Part shown: positions 37,629 to 49,780 of the stretch, piece by piece | How positions within the stretch are numbered: position 1 is the stretch's first letter | Layout: each line of letters starts with the position of its first letter | Origin: Octopus sinensis | Taxonomy: Eukaryota | Assembly (NCBI RefSeq): GCF_006345805.1 | Contig: NC_042999.1 | Location: 94,984,001 to 95,048,000 of the forward strand | Reading direction: 5' to 3' | Length of the DNA stretch: 64,000 nucleotides | Translations under genes and position numbers: made by a program | Notes under the pieces: model-generated | The model's database searches: none | Told to the model about the DNA's origin: nothing | Seen by the model: the letters and a program-made list of their open reading frames with translations, nothing else

Positions 37629-39592
37629 TACTACTACTACTACTACTACTACTCTAGTTTTATTCAATCAAGAAACAGCGACAAAATTACCAATACCACT
37701 GCTACATACACTTGTGGCAGCTTAACAACTACAGTTACTTGTAGAAACGTAATACCAACAGTATCAATGTATTACTAGACGTCATCTATCAACACCATTA
37801 CTAACAACAATGCAACTACAAACATTGCCATAGCTGTCATAGCATCAGAACGGCCGCCATCACAGCTACTACTACTACCACCATGTTTTGGTTTTGTGAA
37901 GGTGATTACATACTTTTAACAGTAGCAGAATGAAGGGTGATGTTTAGAGGGTTGTAGAGAAGTAATAGGGAATACAGACCGATGAACAGACAGAAAGAAA
38001 GAAAGGCAGATATACAGATGTAGAAAGATAGAAAGACACAAACATACATGGTAAGAAAGAATGATGAAAGAAAGAAAGAAATGTATGAATAAATGGATGA
38101 ATGAATGAATGAATGAATGAATGAATGAATGACAGACAGGCATATAGATGGTAAGAAAGAGTAAATGAATGATAAAGAAGATAGAAACGTAGATAGACAG
38201 ACAGACAGAAAGAAAGAAAGAAAAAGAACTTGGATGAAAGAAAGAAGGAAGGAAGAAAGAAAGAAATTCAAAGTGCGAATAATTGAATTCTTTAAGCAAC
38301 CTCACTGACAGTAGTATTTGCGATGTGATCGATTTAAGATCAATCATGTTACTATCACTGGACCCCTAAACCTTTGTTATTATGAAGTTGTCACTAGGCC
38401 AAAATACTTCTAATCAATCATTTATACCTTATTGGCCCCTATCTGCAAATAGGGACAGTCATCCTGACATCTCCAGATCAATTACAATTCTTAAACAAGG
38501 TATTTCACTTTAAACCAGATGTTTCGCTTTTTAATTATTCACTCTTCCAATGACTGTTTCTCTTAAGAAGAAATCTCTATCTTTCTATTGATCATTCCTT
38601 GATATAAAAAAAACTTTAGAGTGTATCCTGAACTCATACATCAGTTTTCGGCTCTTTTTTGAGTTGCCACAATCTGTAGGTATTTAAACGCTAGGTGAAT
38701 AAGTATTTTTACACTGACCTCACTCATGACAAGCATCTAATGAACCAAAGGAGAGTGTGAACTGAGGTTAAATAACAACAACAGCAACTAAAATGCAACG
38801 AATTGTATTCATCACTGGAGCATAAAAGAAGGCGGCGGTTATTGTAACCATTGGTCATTCCTGACAGGCACTTTTACACAGTCCATCAGAGAGTTCTGTT
38901 TTAAAGTTCTTTAGCTATATTTTGATAGCATGACAGATCGAAATGAACTTTAACTTCTGAATTAGTCTCAAGTCAGTGAAGTGTATTTTTTCTGCTTGTT
39001 GGAGCGGTTAAAGATCAATCATTTTGTATAAGAAAAATACTGCAGTCCAGGGAAACACATTTTTTTCTCTCATCTCGATACTTCCAAATAAATGTTGATA
39101 ATGTTGTGCAGTGTTCACAGAACAGTATATGAATGAAATATTGTGCTATTGAATTCGAATGCAGTAAAAAAAAATTCGAGTGCTAGCAAACATTATTGCA
39201 TAATACGAAATTATGTATCTACAAAGCATTCGTTCATTGGAATCTGCATTTAATAGTAAGATTTTAGCAGAGTATTTGTATATTGTGCTGGGAACATTTT
39301 ACCAAGCAACTGCACCAAAGAATTATGGTGTTTGTGTATAACAACTCTTGCAATTTATGGCACTCAGATTCTGCTCCTACACTTAGAACTACATTAAATT
39401 GATACTTTCAAGTTGTACACATATTTCCATTGTAAGCATATACTGAGTGATGTTATATTTTGTTGTATAATCTACCCAAACTACACAGACACACACACAC
39501 ACGTGCAGTATGTATTTATATTTACGTGTGTGCAATGTGTAAGTGTATATGAATGTGTATACATATGTGCTCATTTTTACATATGATTTTTT

Positions 39593-39638
<46 letters not shown>

Positions 39639-40105
39639 TTTATGTATGTGTATACACATGTATGTATATGGGCATACGTGTATGTGCATATATCTATATG
39701 TATATTTAAACACACATACATATGTGTGCATAGTGCGTATACATGTAATATTTATGATGTGGGATGAGCATGTATAGATGAATGTGCTTACATTGTGTAT
39801 ATGCATACGTATGTGTATAATATTCCCGTGTGTTTATATAGCACCTGCTCTGCTGCTATTGCTGCTGCATTCTGTCACTTCGAGGAATAAGAGGCCGGCA
39901 AGTCAAAGGTAAAAAGCCATTGTTACTGGTCTTATGAAGGAAGTTTGATGGTGTTACTGCTAGTCTCTTGGTTTGCTGGACAACTTGCACAACCGGCAAG
40001 CAGTACCATTTCAGCATCTCAACTCTGCCTAATGTGCTTTAGTTTTAATAAATTATAACTTTGGTTTTGACAAACGCGAATCAACGAGAACTCTCTCTCT
40101 CTCTT

Positions 40106-40157
<52 letters not shown>

Positions 40158-40339
40158 TCTCTCTGGAACAATTGTGTTATGTTGAAACTTGGTAATGGTT
40201 GAACTCAGCTTTAAATGCACAAAACCTGCTGTAGGTTGCTACGATACTATTGCACTTCATCAAGAGTTGAATGTCTAAGGCTTTTATACATATGTGTAAT
40301 GTAATAGAGTAATGAAGACGTGGGATTGTTGTGTGACAT

Positions 40340-40820
40340 AATACAGGGTACTGCACGGTTAATCTATTGTAGAGTAATAATTTAACATTATATAAAAGTA
40401 CAGTGCTGTGTAGTACAGCAACATATAGCTCAGTACAGTTTCCTAGAAACAATGTAATGTAATACATTGTAACATAATGCATGATATACTGTATAGTGTA
40501 ATGAGGTGTAGTGTTGTAAATATAATATATTGAAGTTGAATAAAATGTGGTGTATTTCAAATCATTGTGATACAATGTAGAGCCGAGAATCTATTGTAGT
40601 GTATTATAGTGGAGTAGTGACCAGTGCCGTGAAATGTAGCTTAGCACAGTATAGTGTCATGTAATATATTATGTATTGTTGCTTATCAAAGAGCAATATA
40701 TTGTAGTTTGCTGTAATACAGGATAATGTAATATCATACATTGCGCTATCGTGTTGTAGATTGTAGTATAGTATCATGTATATTTTAGTACAACATAGTG
40801 TATAATATTGTGACATTGGA
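40340..40820. repeat. Decayed pentanucleotide-periodic tract (TGTAA/TAGTG-like)
   Basis: aatgtaatgtaatacattgtaacataatgc.., with a similar tract at 41625-41840. Confidence 0.65.
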
Positions 40821-41209
40821 AGATGCACCAATAAACGCACGTACCAGTTCACCTTCACTTGAGATTTATTATTATTAGTTAATGGTTATTTTATCTATAT
40901 CCTTTTACTACACATTCTGTGACGTCCTCAATTATTATTTGCTCTTCTGTGTGTCACCACTTCTTTCTGGCCTTGTTCTGTTTACTCCATCTTGTCTTTC
41001 TGTGGTACGTATCCTTGTCTACGCATACATTTACATCTGTGCTTGTTTGTGTGTGTGTGTGCATGTGTATGTGTGCTTGGTATACGTATGTGTACTTTGT
41101 GTACATGCATGTGGGTTTGTATATTGTATTGTTAGAACCTGCGTCCCCATTTTTTTCTACCTGTGCTCTATTCTATCTCCAGTAGTTAGGCTGCGGGGTG
41201 CAGGATATT

Positions 41210-41480
41210 ACCATCTCATTCATGCTTTCTGTTGAGGACCGGCCTACTTTCTATCGTTTGTGTGGTCTCCACAATTTTTCTGATTATTGTGTAGATAGGA
41301 TCTTAACTTCTATGTTATCTGTCGAGCTCCCATGTTCTTAAGCATTGACAACCTCTTTTTCCTTCTTGAATTTTCACCAATGTCATTTCATCCTCTCTGC
41401 TATGTTATGGGCTGTCTCTACAATATATGCTGTTGTCATGTGTTTTGCACCGCCCCTCTATGCATTTTATTCTATAGCCT
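41210..41480 (-). mobile_element. Penelope-like GIY-YIG endonuclease remnant (highly degenerate)
   Basis: AYIVETAHNIAERMK*HW ... IESRPVLNRKHE resembles Y.GET..N..ER..EH and P.LN.K.E. Confidence 0.5.
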
Positions 41481-41899
41481 GCATTCCTAGTTTTGCAGTT
41501 TACTTACAGGCTTACACTACACATTATATAGTTCCTATTAGCACCGAGGGATTTTCGAAAGAGTATGTCCTACTATTCCTGGGCCAGGAAACACGTCAAG
41601 AATCTTGCAAAACAAATACATAAACGTAATAGTGTAGAACGTATATACTGCAACGAGTATAGTATAATGTAGTACATTTTAATATAATATAATTTTGAAC
41701 TGGTATAATATGGCCCTTTGTAATACAGTATTCTGTTATGTACATTTTAGAGAAATATGTTTTAATGTAGTATACTCTAATATCTAATGCAGTACATTGC
41801 AGTATCTTATAACAAACTACAGTGTACTATGCTATTCTTTTTCTTCTTCCTCTTCTTCTTTTCCGACAGCGGTTGTTTCATTTTCTTCTCATTAAATAC

Positions 41900-42090
41900 T
41901 AGATAAAGCTTGATTTAGCAAGATCTGTGATCGATGGCATTCCAGCCGTGACTCTCTCGCCTTGTATCTACATATCCTTCATCCAGTACCACATTGTTCA
42001 ATCACTCCTATTTTTAAGATATTGGAGCGTGATTTAAGGAGATACGATTGCTATTTCTCTTGGGTTGATCTACTTCATAGATGTCCTCTA
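41900..42090 (-). mobile_element. Repeat family C
   Basis: gatctgtgatcgatggcattccagccgtgac..gtgatttaaggagata..gctatttct. Confidence 0.65.
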
Positions 42091-42783
42091 ATTGACTTGT
42101 TTCTCTTGTTTTTTTTGTTGTTATTTGTATCTCTGATGCTTCAATTGATATTGTTAAACTTACATGTAATACAAGCTGTTGCTATTGTTTAGCCCCCAAG
42201 TTAGCTCTGATCGAGTTGATCTATTATAAAACGAGCTACAGACACGATTATGTCATCTTTCCTAATATATACGACTAGTACTATACACTGCACGACTACT
42301 TGGCGAAGAGTGCATGTGTGGGGTGTATCTGTGCCTGTCTGTGTCTGTGCGTTTGTGTGTTTTACCATAATCTCAAGTCAACCAAAGCGTTGTGAATAAA
42401 ATTTAGAAGACTGAAAGTGAGGGAGCTTGACGAAAGAACCATTCCTGTTTTAGGGTGAAATACTTAAATCATCGTATTGGTTTCATGCCACCACATGCCC
42501 TTTCGGTGCTTTTAACGAAGTCCACTCTGTCACAAACCGGTCTCCAGTCTGATGATAACTTCCTTCTTTTCTCCTATTAGTATTAAAGGCCCTGACTAAA
42601 TAATGGAAGACTCTAGAAACAAACTGCACCAATATTCCCTTTCTTCAATATGGCTATGTATTGCTACTGTCTCTGATTTCTTTCTTTTCTTAAGATGCTG
42701 GAGTGTGAGTTTGAGAACGTTGATTGCTGTTTCTGACAAAGTTGGTGGTGTGATTGCACAGAGACTCTTTCGCTGGCTTTCAA

Positions 42784-42849
<66 letters not shown>

Positions 42850-43226
42850 TGTTAGTAGCAGTAGTAGCAGCAGTAGTAGCAGCAGCAGCAGCAGCAGCAG
42901 AAGCAGCTGCTGCTTTTGTTGTTGTTGCTGTTGTTGTTGTTGTTGTTGTTGTTGTTGCTGTTGTTGTAAAATCGAAATATCGTCTAGAAAAGATAACTTC
43001 AGAAGGTTCGCTTTTACAGATGCTTTGTTTCAAACAACGATAAAGCATGATGATAGTGATGGCTATGATGATGATAAGGAGGAGGGGGATTGTTATGATG
43101 ATGATGGTGATGATGATGACGACGACGATGATAGTGGTAATGGTAGTGGTGGTGGCGGCGGTTGTCGTCGTCGCCGACGTGACGCTGAAGAAGACGACGA
43201 AGATGACGATAATAAAAATAATAATA

Positions 43227-43560
43227 ATACTTACTTTTATTGGCAACAAGGGCCGAATACAAAACAAATAGGGACAATACAATACTAGGGACAAGTGGTG
43301 TGTTGAACAATGCTGTGTATACAATAAGTAACAAAAAACAAATAACAAAACAATTAAGCAACAAAAATTCCCCAAAAGGTGGGAGTTCTTCACAGGGAAA
43401 ACCGCAGAACCACACACAACCTGATTATCCCGACCACCAGGTGCACCTCAGCTGGCGCCTCTCTCTCTTTCTCGATTCCTCCGGTTTACAATCGAAAGTC
43501 AGAGTAGGCCAATTCACACGAGCTATACTCGCTATATACACCCACCTTTCAACAAATTTA
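43227..43560 (-). mobile_element. Probable L1/Tx1-clade LINE extreme 3' end
   Basis: KFVERWVYIASIARVNWPTL C-terminus, then a T-rich 3' UTR ending ggcccttgttgccaataaaa. Same layout as 58790-59158. Confidence 0.5.
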
Positions 43561-43564
43561 TTGA

Positions 43565-43820
43565 TCCAACCAAATATACAGTTAAACACGACAGAGCTGA
43601 CCAATGCATTCACGGGAAAATTTTGCTGTTGAACACGTAGAAAGCGTGTATAAATACCAATCTAAAGTTACGATATCACCATCCTTGGGACTTTACAGTA
43701 CATACTGTTCACACAATTAATGACATCTATCAAATATTATTGTTAAAGACACGAGACCAAGGAACTTGTTAAAACTGAAATAAACAGGATGTGCCATGTG
43801 GATACGGAAATAAGAGCAAT
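43565..43820 (+). mobile_element. R4/Dong-type REL-endonuclease LINE remnant, left half
   Basis: PTKYTVKHDRADQCIHGKI (RHD motif), TIL(W)DFTVHT..IIVKD, KTEINRMCHVDTEIRAI. Confidence 0.75.
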
Positions 43821-44947
43821 TAGTTAGTTAGTTAGTTAGTTAATTTGGCTCAAAAGCAAATAGCAAGGCCATGTAGGGGGACATGGAGTTAAGTACAGGG
43901 TGGTGTTCATGTAAAGAGTTCAGGCCACTTGAGGTCCAGGGAGGCTTTGAACAAAGCGGTCGTCGGCATCTTCACCATCTCGTCTGGCAGCTTGTTCCAC
44001 GGATCCGCAACCCGGACGGAGAAAGCTCCTCTCCTTCGATTAAGATGAAATCGTCGCAGGTAGAGCTTTTCGGAATGACCCCGCAGCCGATGCTCTGGAG
44101 CAGGAGTGAAGAACAGCTCTTTCGAGAGGTTACACTTTCCGCTTATGATGTTCTGGGCGAGAATGAGATCACCACGGTGGCGGCGTTTTTCAAGAGAATA
44201 AAGGTCGAGCGTCCTCAGCCTTTCTTCGTAGGACAAATTTTTGAGACCATGAACCATGCGGGTAGCCAGCTTCTGGACTCTTTCGAGATGCTGTATGTCT
44301 TTGAGGAGATAAGGAGAAGAGGCTTGAATCCCATACTCCAATATGGGTCTCACCAGCGTGACATAGAGTGGTAGGAATATGGCTGCCGTGAGCATTCCGA
44401 ATGACCGTCGAATCAAGAACAGAATTCCGCGTGCTTTGTTGGCAGCATGGACGCACTGGGCCGAAGGCGAAAAGGAGGAATCCACCAAGATACCCAGGTC
44501 CTTTACCCGATCGGTCCTCTCCAGCAGCAGACGACCCGGCTCAAAATCAAGTTGAGTTGCAGGAGTAGAGCCGACAGGCAGATGACAGCACTTTGACACG
44601 TTCAGACACAGGTCCCAATCGTTAGACCACTTCCAAATTTGGTGGAGGCATCGACGAAGATCCTCTATATTACCGCGAGGAGCGACCAGTTTGATATCGT
44701 CGGCAAATAGAAGGGTGTGTTGCGTGAGGTCGTCGGGCAAGTCATTTATGAAGACTAAGAACAACAAGGGCCCAAGCACTGAACCTTGAGGCACGCCACT
44801 GCTCGCACTGGAGACGTCGGACCGCGAACCATTAACTTGGACTTGGAAGGAGCGATCTGAGAGGAAGGCACCAACCCATCGTACAATATCCGGATGGAAA
44901 CTATATGCTTGAAGCTTGACAAGTAATAGGCGGTGGTTTACCGAGTT
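43821..44947 (-). mobile_element. Young 5'-truncated CR1-group LINE: uninterrupted RT C-terminal frame, 3' UTR and (TAAC)n tail
   Basis: Frame is open from ~44947 (NSVNHRLLLVKL..GVPQGSVLGPLLF..LFADD..VKDLG..RGHSEKL..WNKLP) to the stop at 43907. Tail at 43821-43842. GC-rich relative to flanks. Confidence 0.95.
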
Positions 44948-45200
44948 GCAATAGAAGCACTAGGAACCATAGAAAAAGAAACAATGCCTTCTTCGACAAA
45001 CTTCCGGACAAACCCAACATTTACGAAATCCAGCAAATAGAACTATACAGTACGGCTCACACTCTACGTAAGTTCTTTTCCTCGTAGTCTAAACTCTCAA
45101 AACCTTTTTTTTGTTTTTGATTTTTTTAAACCAAGAATGAAAACCCAATAGGACTAAAGCTTTTTTGGACAGTAAACACGACTCTAAATTATTGGTTGCC
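44948..45200 (+). mobile_element. R4/Dong-type LINE remnant, right half and 3' UTR
   Basis: AIEALGTIEK..PNIYEIQQIELYSTAHTLRKFF matches the GALGTI..EIQK..LLGTAHILRK C-terminus. Confidence 0.8.
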
Positions 45201-45344
45201 GCTTGGCAGAAATTATTATTTTATTGACTCTGACAGGGTGAAAGGCAAAGTCGACCTGAGCGGTATTTGAAATCAGAACGTAAACTCAAAGAAATGTAGC
45301 TAAGCATTTTGTCTAGAGTGCTAACGATCGGTCAACTCACTACC

Positions 45345-45346
<2 letters not shown>
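45200..45346 (-). mobile_element. SINE family A
   Basis: gggtgaaaggcaaagtcgacc..ctaagcattttgtc..ctaacgat. Confidence 0.85.
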
Positions 45347-45389
<43 letters not shown>

Positions 45390-45398
45390 TTAATAATA

Positions 45399-45951
45399 AA
45401 TGCCCTGATGCAGTACCAAGTAGTAGCTCTCATAGCTTCTAATCTTAACTGATTGGAAGTGTTATCATGTACATTGTTTTGTCTTTCTATAAAAGATGGG
45501 CTACAGCAAATATTTTGCTCAATACCACAGATTTGCTTGTCAGTTGTTTGGCCATAACCAGTTGACCATGTCCCTTAGTGACTGACGATATGTGCATCTC
45601 TGATCACGAGTAGAAGTAGTGGGGGAGCATCATAGCCATGTGTTGAGAGGGATTCTTTGGGGTTTCAATAATTCACCTCTGGAAACATGGATGTTTTATT
45701 CAACATCCTTAAACAACCCTTATTCAGGGACCTTTTGAGCGGGATGGGTTACTCAACCAGAAGAAAATTCTAATTGGGCCCCACCTGCAAGGTCATGTAC
45801 TGTTTATCTTGATATGATATGAGATCACCATGTCACGCACATATGGTTGTGATGCATGTGCCCTTATCAGACGGGTAGTCATGAAGAGTATACTGAGCCT
45901 CGTATATTTTACCCCAGTGTCACTTTGATGGCATACACTGCTCTCTCACTC
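45399..45951. mobile_element. Unclassified ~550-bp non-coding element between (TAA)n tracts
   Basis: Sharp composition change, (TAA)n at both ends, and no ORF. Only one copy in the window. Confidence 0.55.
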
Positions 45952-46419
45952 AATAATAATAGTAATAACAACAACAGCAATAATAATAATAGTAATAACA
46001 ATTTAAGTTCCACTTAGGAAGGAAAGGGAGGGTGGAGAGTGAAGTGCTAACTCACCATGAATTCGTAAAAAGATGAGTTACTGTCAAAAATGGTTAGAGT
46101 GAATGACCCTACAATAAGCATGGGCCTGTGTATTGGAGAACAACATTTGGGAGAAAACTCGTGCCTTTGGTGAGCAGTATAATCTGTGGGGTTCCTTTGT
46201 TGACCTTAGATATAGGAGGACTGTATCATTCAAGTTATCACATACTTAGTATACTTTGTATATTTATCGCATTTCACCTCCCTTCCATCTCTTTCTCTTC
46301 ATCTTTTATGTAAACCCCCACAGAAACTGCTAAAAATCCTTGTGATACCACCTCTTCTATATTCCTGAGACTGATGAAAGAAATTATTATTACTATTGAT
46401 TTGACTCAGGTTCGTTCTT

Positions 46420-46888
46420 ATTCCTGGTAGAATTTATGTGGGCAGCAGATTACTATCTGTAACCTTAGGTATCCACAAACTTTCTATAGTCTTTCACGAG
46501 CTTAAAACTTTCTTGATAATCTTTCCAGTCCCTAAGAGGTATTTCCGTAGAAAGCTCTACAGAGTATTCTATCCCAATCTTCGTCAACCATTTGCCTACA
46601 TCTTTACTCACAGTTCCCGGTGCACCAATTATTACTGGCACAGTAATATTCGTTCGTGCAATTTCAAATTTTAGGAGATTGTATTTTTCCATCCTCTTTC
46701 TTTACAATGCTGGAATCAAATGGACATGGTGAATAAATTAGTAACTTCGCTTTTCTTTATCTCATTGTTATGTATGGTTTATTATTTTTATAGATTCTTA
46801 TCCGTTTGAATAGGAAAATCTCATAAAATTTTGCATTTCTCTTACTCTAACACTCTTTCGACCCGATGATCATACTATGTATCTCCAT
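46420..46888 (-). mobile_element. R4/Dong-type REL-endonuclease LINE 3' fragment adjoining (TAA)n
   Basis: YDHRVERVLE*EKCKIL*DFPIQTDK..CPFDSSI..EKYNLLKFEIAR..VPVIIGAPGTVSK. Confidence 0.85.
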
Positions 46889-46930
46889 TATTATTATTAT
46901 TATTATTATATTATTATTATTATTATTATT

Positions 46931-48078
46931 AATGTGGTGAGCTGACAGAATCCTCAGCACTCCAGGCAAAATACTTAGCGACATTTCGTCCGTTCTTACA
47001 TTCTGAGTTCAGATTTCGTCGAGGTCGACTTATCCTTTCATCCTAACGGGGTCGATAAATTAAGTACCAGTTGACTACTGAGGCCGATGGAATCGACTTA
47101 CACCCACTCCCACTGAAACAACAAGCCTTGTGTCAAAGTTATTATTACTATTATTATTAAGGCGGTGAGCTGGCAGAATCGTTAGTAAGCCGGGCAAAAT
47201 GGTTAGCGGTATTTCGCTCGTCGTTACGTTCCTTGTTCAAATTCCGCCGAGGTCGACTTTGACTTCCATTCTTTCGGGGTCGATAAATTAAGTATCAGGG
47301 AAACACTGCGATCGATGTAATCGACTAGTCCCCTATTCCAAAATTTCAGACCTTGTGCCCTTAGTAGAAAAGATTATTACTCTTATTATTATATTACAGC
47401 AGAAAGCTGGTAGAATCAGCATACTGGACAAAATGCTTAGCGGTATTTCTTCCGATTGTACGTTCTGAGCTCAAATTTCGCCAAGGTCGACTTTGCTCTT
47501 CCTCCTTTCGAAGTTGATGACATAAGTATCAGTTAAGTATGGGTTTCGATAACTGCGAATAGCCCCTCTCAGTAACTATTTCAAGTCTTGTGCCAATTGT
47601 AGGAAGGATAATGAAATTAATAATAATCATAATCTTTTCTACTGTAGGCATGAGGCCTGAATTTTTGAGGGAAAAGGTAACTCGATTTCATTGACCCCAG
47701 TACACATCTGGTACTTATTTTATGGAGCCCGAAAGGATGAAAGGCAAAGTCGACCTCGACAGAATTTGAACCCGAAACGTAAAGACGGGCGAAATGCTGC
47801 TAAGCATTTTGCCCGGCGTGCTAACGAATCTGCTAAATGACCACCTTAGTAGTAGTAGTAGTAGTAGGATAACGGTTGTTTTTTGTTTTGTTTTTATACA
47901 ATGCCAACGATTTTGAGGGAAGGGAATTAGTCAATAGCACCAACCACAGTACTTGACTCATACTTTATCGACTTCGTAAAGATCAAAGACGTTGGCCCTG
48001 GCGGGATTTAAACTCGTAAAGTGTCAGTAGAAAGGTATTTTGGCCATCACCTTAACGATTCTGCCAATCTATCACCTT
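46931..48078. mobile_element. Cluster of five SINE family A copies (+46931-47138, +47160-47378, +47396-47610, -47631-47849, -47899-48078)
   Basis: Each copy matches the family A consensus; most are separated by short (TTA)n/(TAG)n tracts. Confidence 0.92.
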
Positions 48079-48441
48079 TTGTCAGTCCACCATAATGATA
48101 ATGAGGTGATGAGTTGGAAGAGGGGAGGGAGAATGTTAATACGATGGAAGATGATTGCAATGAGGACGGCGAAAATAATGGTGAGGATGGCGATGGTATC
48201 ACACAGAAGCGCAAGAACGTTCGATATAGCAACGAAATCGGATTTTCACTGCTCACTTTTGCCTTTTTTTTTCCGGTAATTAGATTTCATCTGAATGGCT
48301 GAAATATTGTCGTTGCAGCTAATCTCTCAATCTCTTCTTCTTCCGTTCTGTCTTCTTTTTTTAACTTCCCATCTAAACTTGGCAGAAAAAGTAGTAAAGT
48401 GTTGTAGCAATATTGTGGTAAATGATAAACGATATACATTT

Positions 48442-48484
<43 letters not shown>

Positions 48485-48845
48485 TTCATTCTCTCTCCTT
48501 TTCTCTCATTCTATACATCTTTGTCTTTCTTTCTTTCTTTTCTCTCACCCGCTTGCTAGCATCGTGGAGCAAGCTTCCGGCAACTAAAGATTGCCACAGT
48601 TTTGTTTCTCGGCCATAACCATTTCATTTCACCTTGATAGATATTATTCTTCAACGGATGTCAACGTTATTCTAGTTCATCCTTTACTTACTTTAAAATG
48701 CAGGGTATATATTATACCTCTATATCTTATACTAAGGAAGGGTGAGATAGTTGACACTTTTTTCAATAGATAGATAGATACCATACATACACACACAGAC
48801 ATTTTACAAAAGCCTGCACTGGCTGCACGATATATATATATATAT

Positions 48846-48993
48846 ACGACGGGCTTCTTTCAGTGTCCGTCTACCAAATCCATTCACAAGGGTTCGGTCG
48901 GCCCGAGGCTATAGTGGAAGACACTATAGTGGGACTGAACCCAGAACCATGTGGTTGGTCAGCAAGCGACTTACCATTCATCCAACCCCTGCG

Positions 48994-48995
<2 letters not shown>
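48846..48995 (-). mobile_element. SINE family B head
   Basis: cgacgggcttctttcagt..gggactgaacccagaaccatgtggttgg..cctgcgcc. Confidence 0.88.
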
Positions 48996-49025
<30 letters not shown>

Positions 49026-49032
<7 letters not shown>

Positions 49033-49320
49033 ACCACCTGACCGACCAGACCATCAGATGTTGTTACACATCGCTGGTCACAATGCGTTCGCATTCTTTT
49101 AGCCTTCGAATGACGCCACCCCGCTGGCTAAGCGAGCAGGCCAACAGAAGAAAGAGTGGGAGAAAGAGTAGTGAAAGAGTACAGCAGGGATAACCACCCC
49201 CTGCCGGAGCCTCGTGGAGCTTTTAGGTGTTTTCACTCAATAAACACTCACAACGCCCGGTCTGGGAATCGAAACCGCGATCCTGCGACCGCGAGTCCGC
49301 TGCCCTAATCCATTGCGCCT
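49026..49320 (-). mobile_element. SINE family E (tRNA-Arg-like head) inside (TA)n
   Basis: Minus strand reads ggcgcaatggattagggcagcggactcgcggtcgcaggatcgcggtttcgattccc (TCG anticodon-like loop, B-box), then a ~240-bp body. Confidence 0.8.
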
Positions 49321-49326
49321 ATATAT

Positions 49327-49382
<56 letters not shown>

Positions 49383-49385
<3 letters not shown>

Positions 49386-49534
49386 ACACTGAATTATTGG
49401 AAGTCCACCTGAAGATTGTCGATCAAGACAAGAAACGATTGTAGTGACGGTTTTTTTGACTATTTATTAAAATTTTATGTATTGATTAAGTCTTTCCTTG
49501 TTTGTTTTGCAAAATAGTGGTTTTGTCTCTAATA

Positions 49535-49540
<6 letters not shown>
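49383..49540 (+). mobile_element. Short hammerhead-bearing element, subfamily H4, between (TA)n tracts
   Basis: Flanked by (TA)n; partial second copy at 34578-34660. Confidence 0.8.
49403..49448 (+). ncRNA. Minimal type-I hammerhead ribozyme
   Basis: gtccac-CTGAAGA-ttgtc-gatcaa-gacaa-GAAA-c-gatt-GTA-gtgac. Canonical core, perfect 5-bp stem II, 2-bp stem III, GUA triplet, stem I cac/gtg (+gt/ac). Confidence 0.75.
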
Positions 49541-49570
<30 letters not shown>

Positions 49571-49571
<1 letters not shown>

Positions 49572-49780
49572 CGGGATGCTTTATGAAAATAAACAAAAGA
49601 CGAAGGCAGGTGGAATACAAACAAACAATTGTATTAGTATGGCGCTCAGGAATATAAATAAAACAAGTCTTTTGCGTTTCGAGCCTACGCTCTTCAACAG
49701 AAAGATACACAGAGAAGAAACACGGAGAGAAACAAGGAGAGAGAAAAATGCGTGCGGAAGCTAGCGAATCAACATGGCGA
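49571..49780 (-). mobile_element. Short hammerhead-bearing element, subfamily H2, between (TA)n tracts
   Basis: Homologous to 34675-34780 and more distantly to H1. Confidence 0.8.
49668..49705 (-). ncRNA. Minimal hammerhead motif (core variants)
   Basis: Minus strand reads tcttt-CTGTTGA-a-gagc-gtag-gctc-GAAA-cgca-aaaga. Stems I and II are intact, but A6-to-U and GCA replace the canonical residues. Confidence 0.55.

Noticed and set aside
38400-39385. Possible hAT-like transposase relic (LVQLLGKMFP on the minus strand)
   Set aside because: A single weak motif with no TIRs or supporting residues.
5669-39806. Numerous YIYI/CVCV/HTHT/poly-T/poly-V ORFs
   Set aside because: Translations of (TA)n, (TG)n, (TATG)n and (TAC)n repeats, which lack stop codons.
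42596-43417. 273-aa Thr/Ala/Ile-rich ORF resembling a mucin or membrane protein
   Set aside because: Built from (GTA)n, (GCA)n, (GTT)n and (GAT)n microsatellites plus a LINE 3' UTR; open in several frames on both strands.
46931-47610. CRISPR-like regularly spaced repeats
   Set aside because: These are ~210-bp diverged SINE copies in eukaryotic DNA, with no unique spacers or cas genes.
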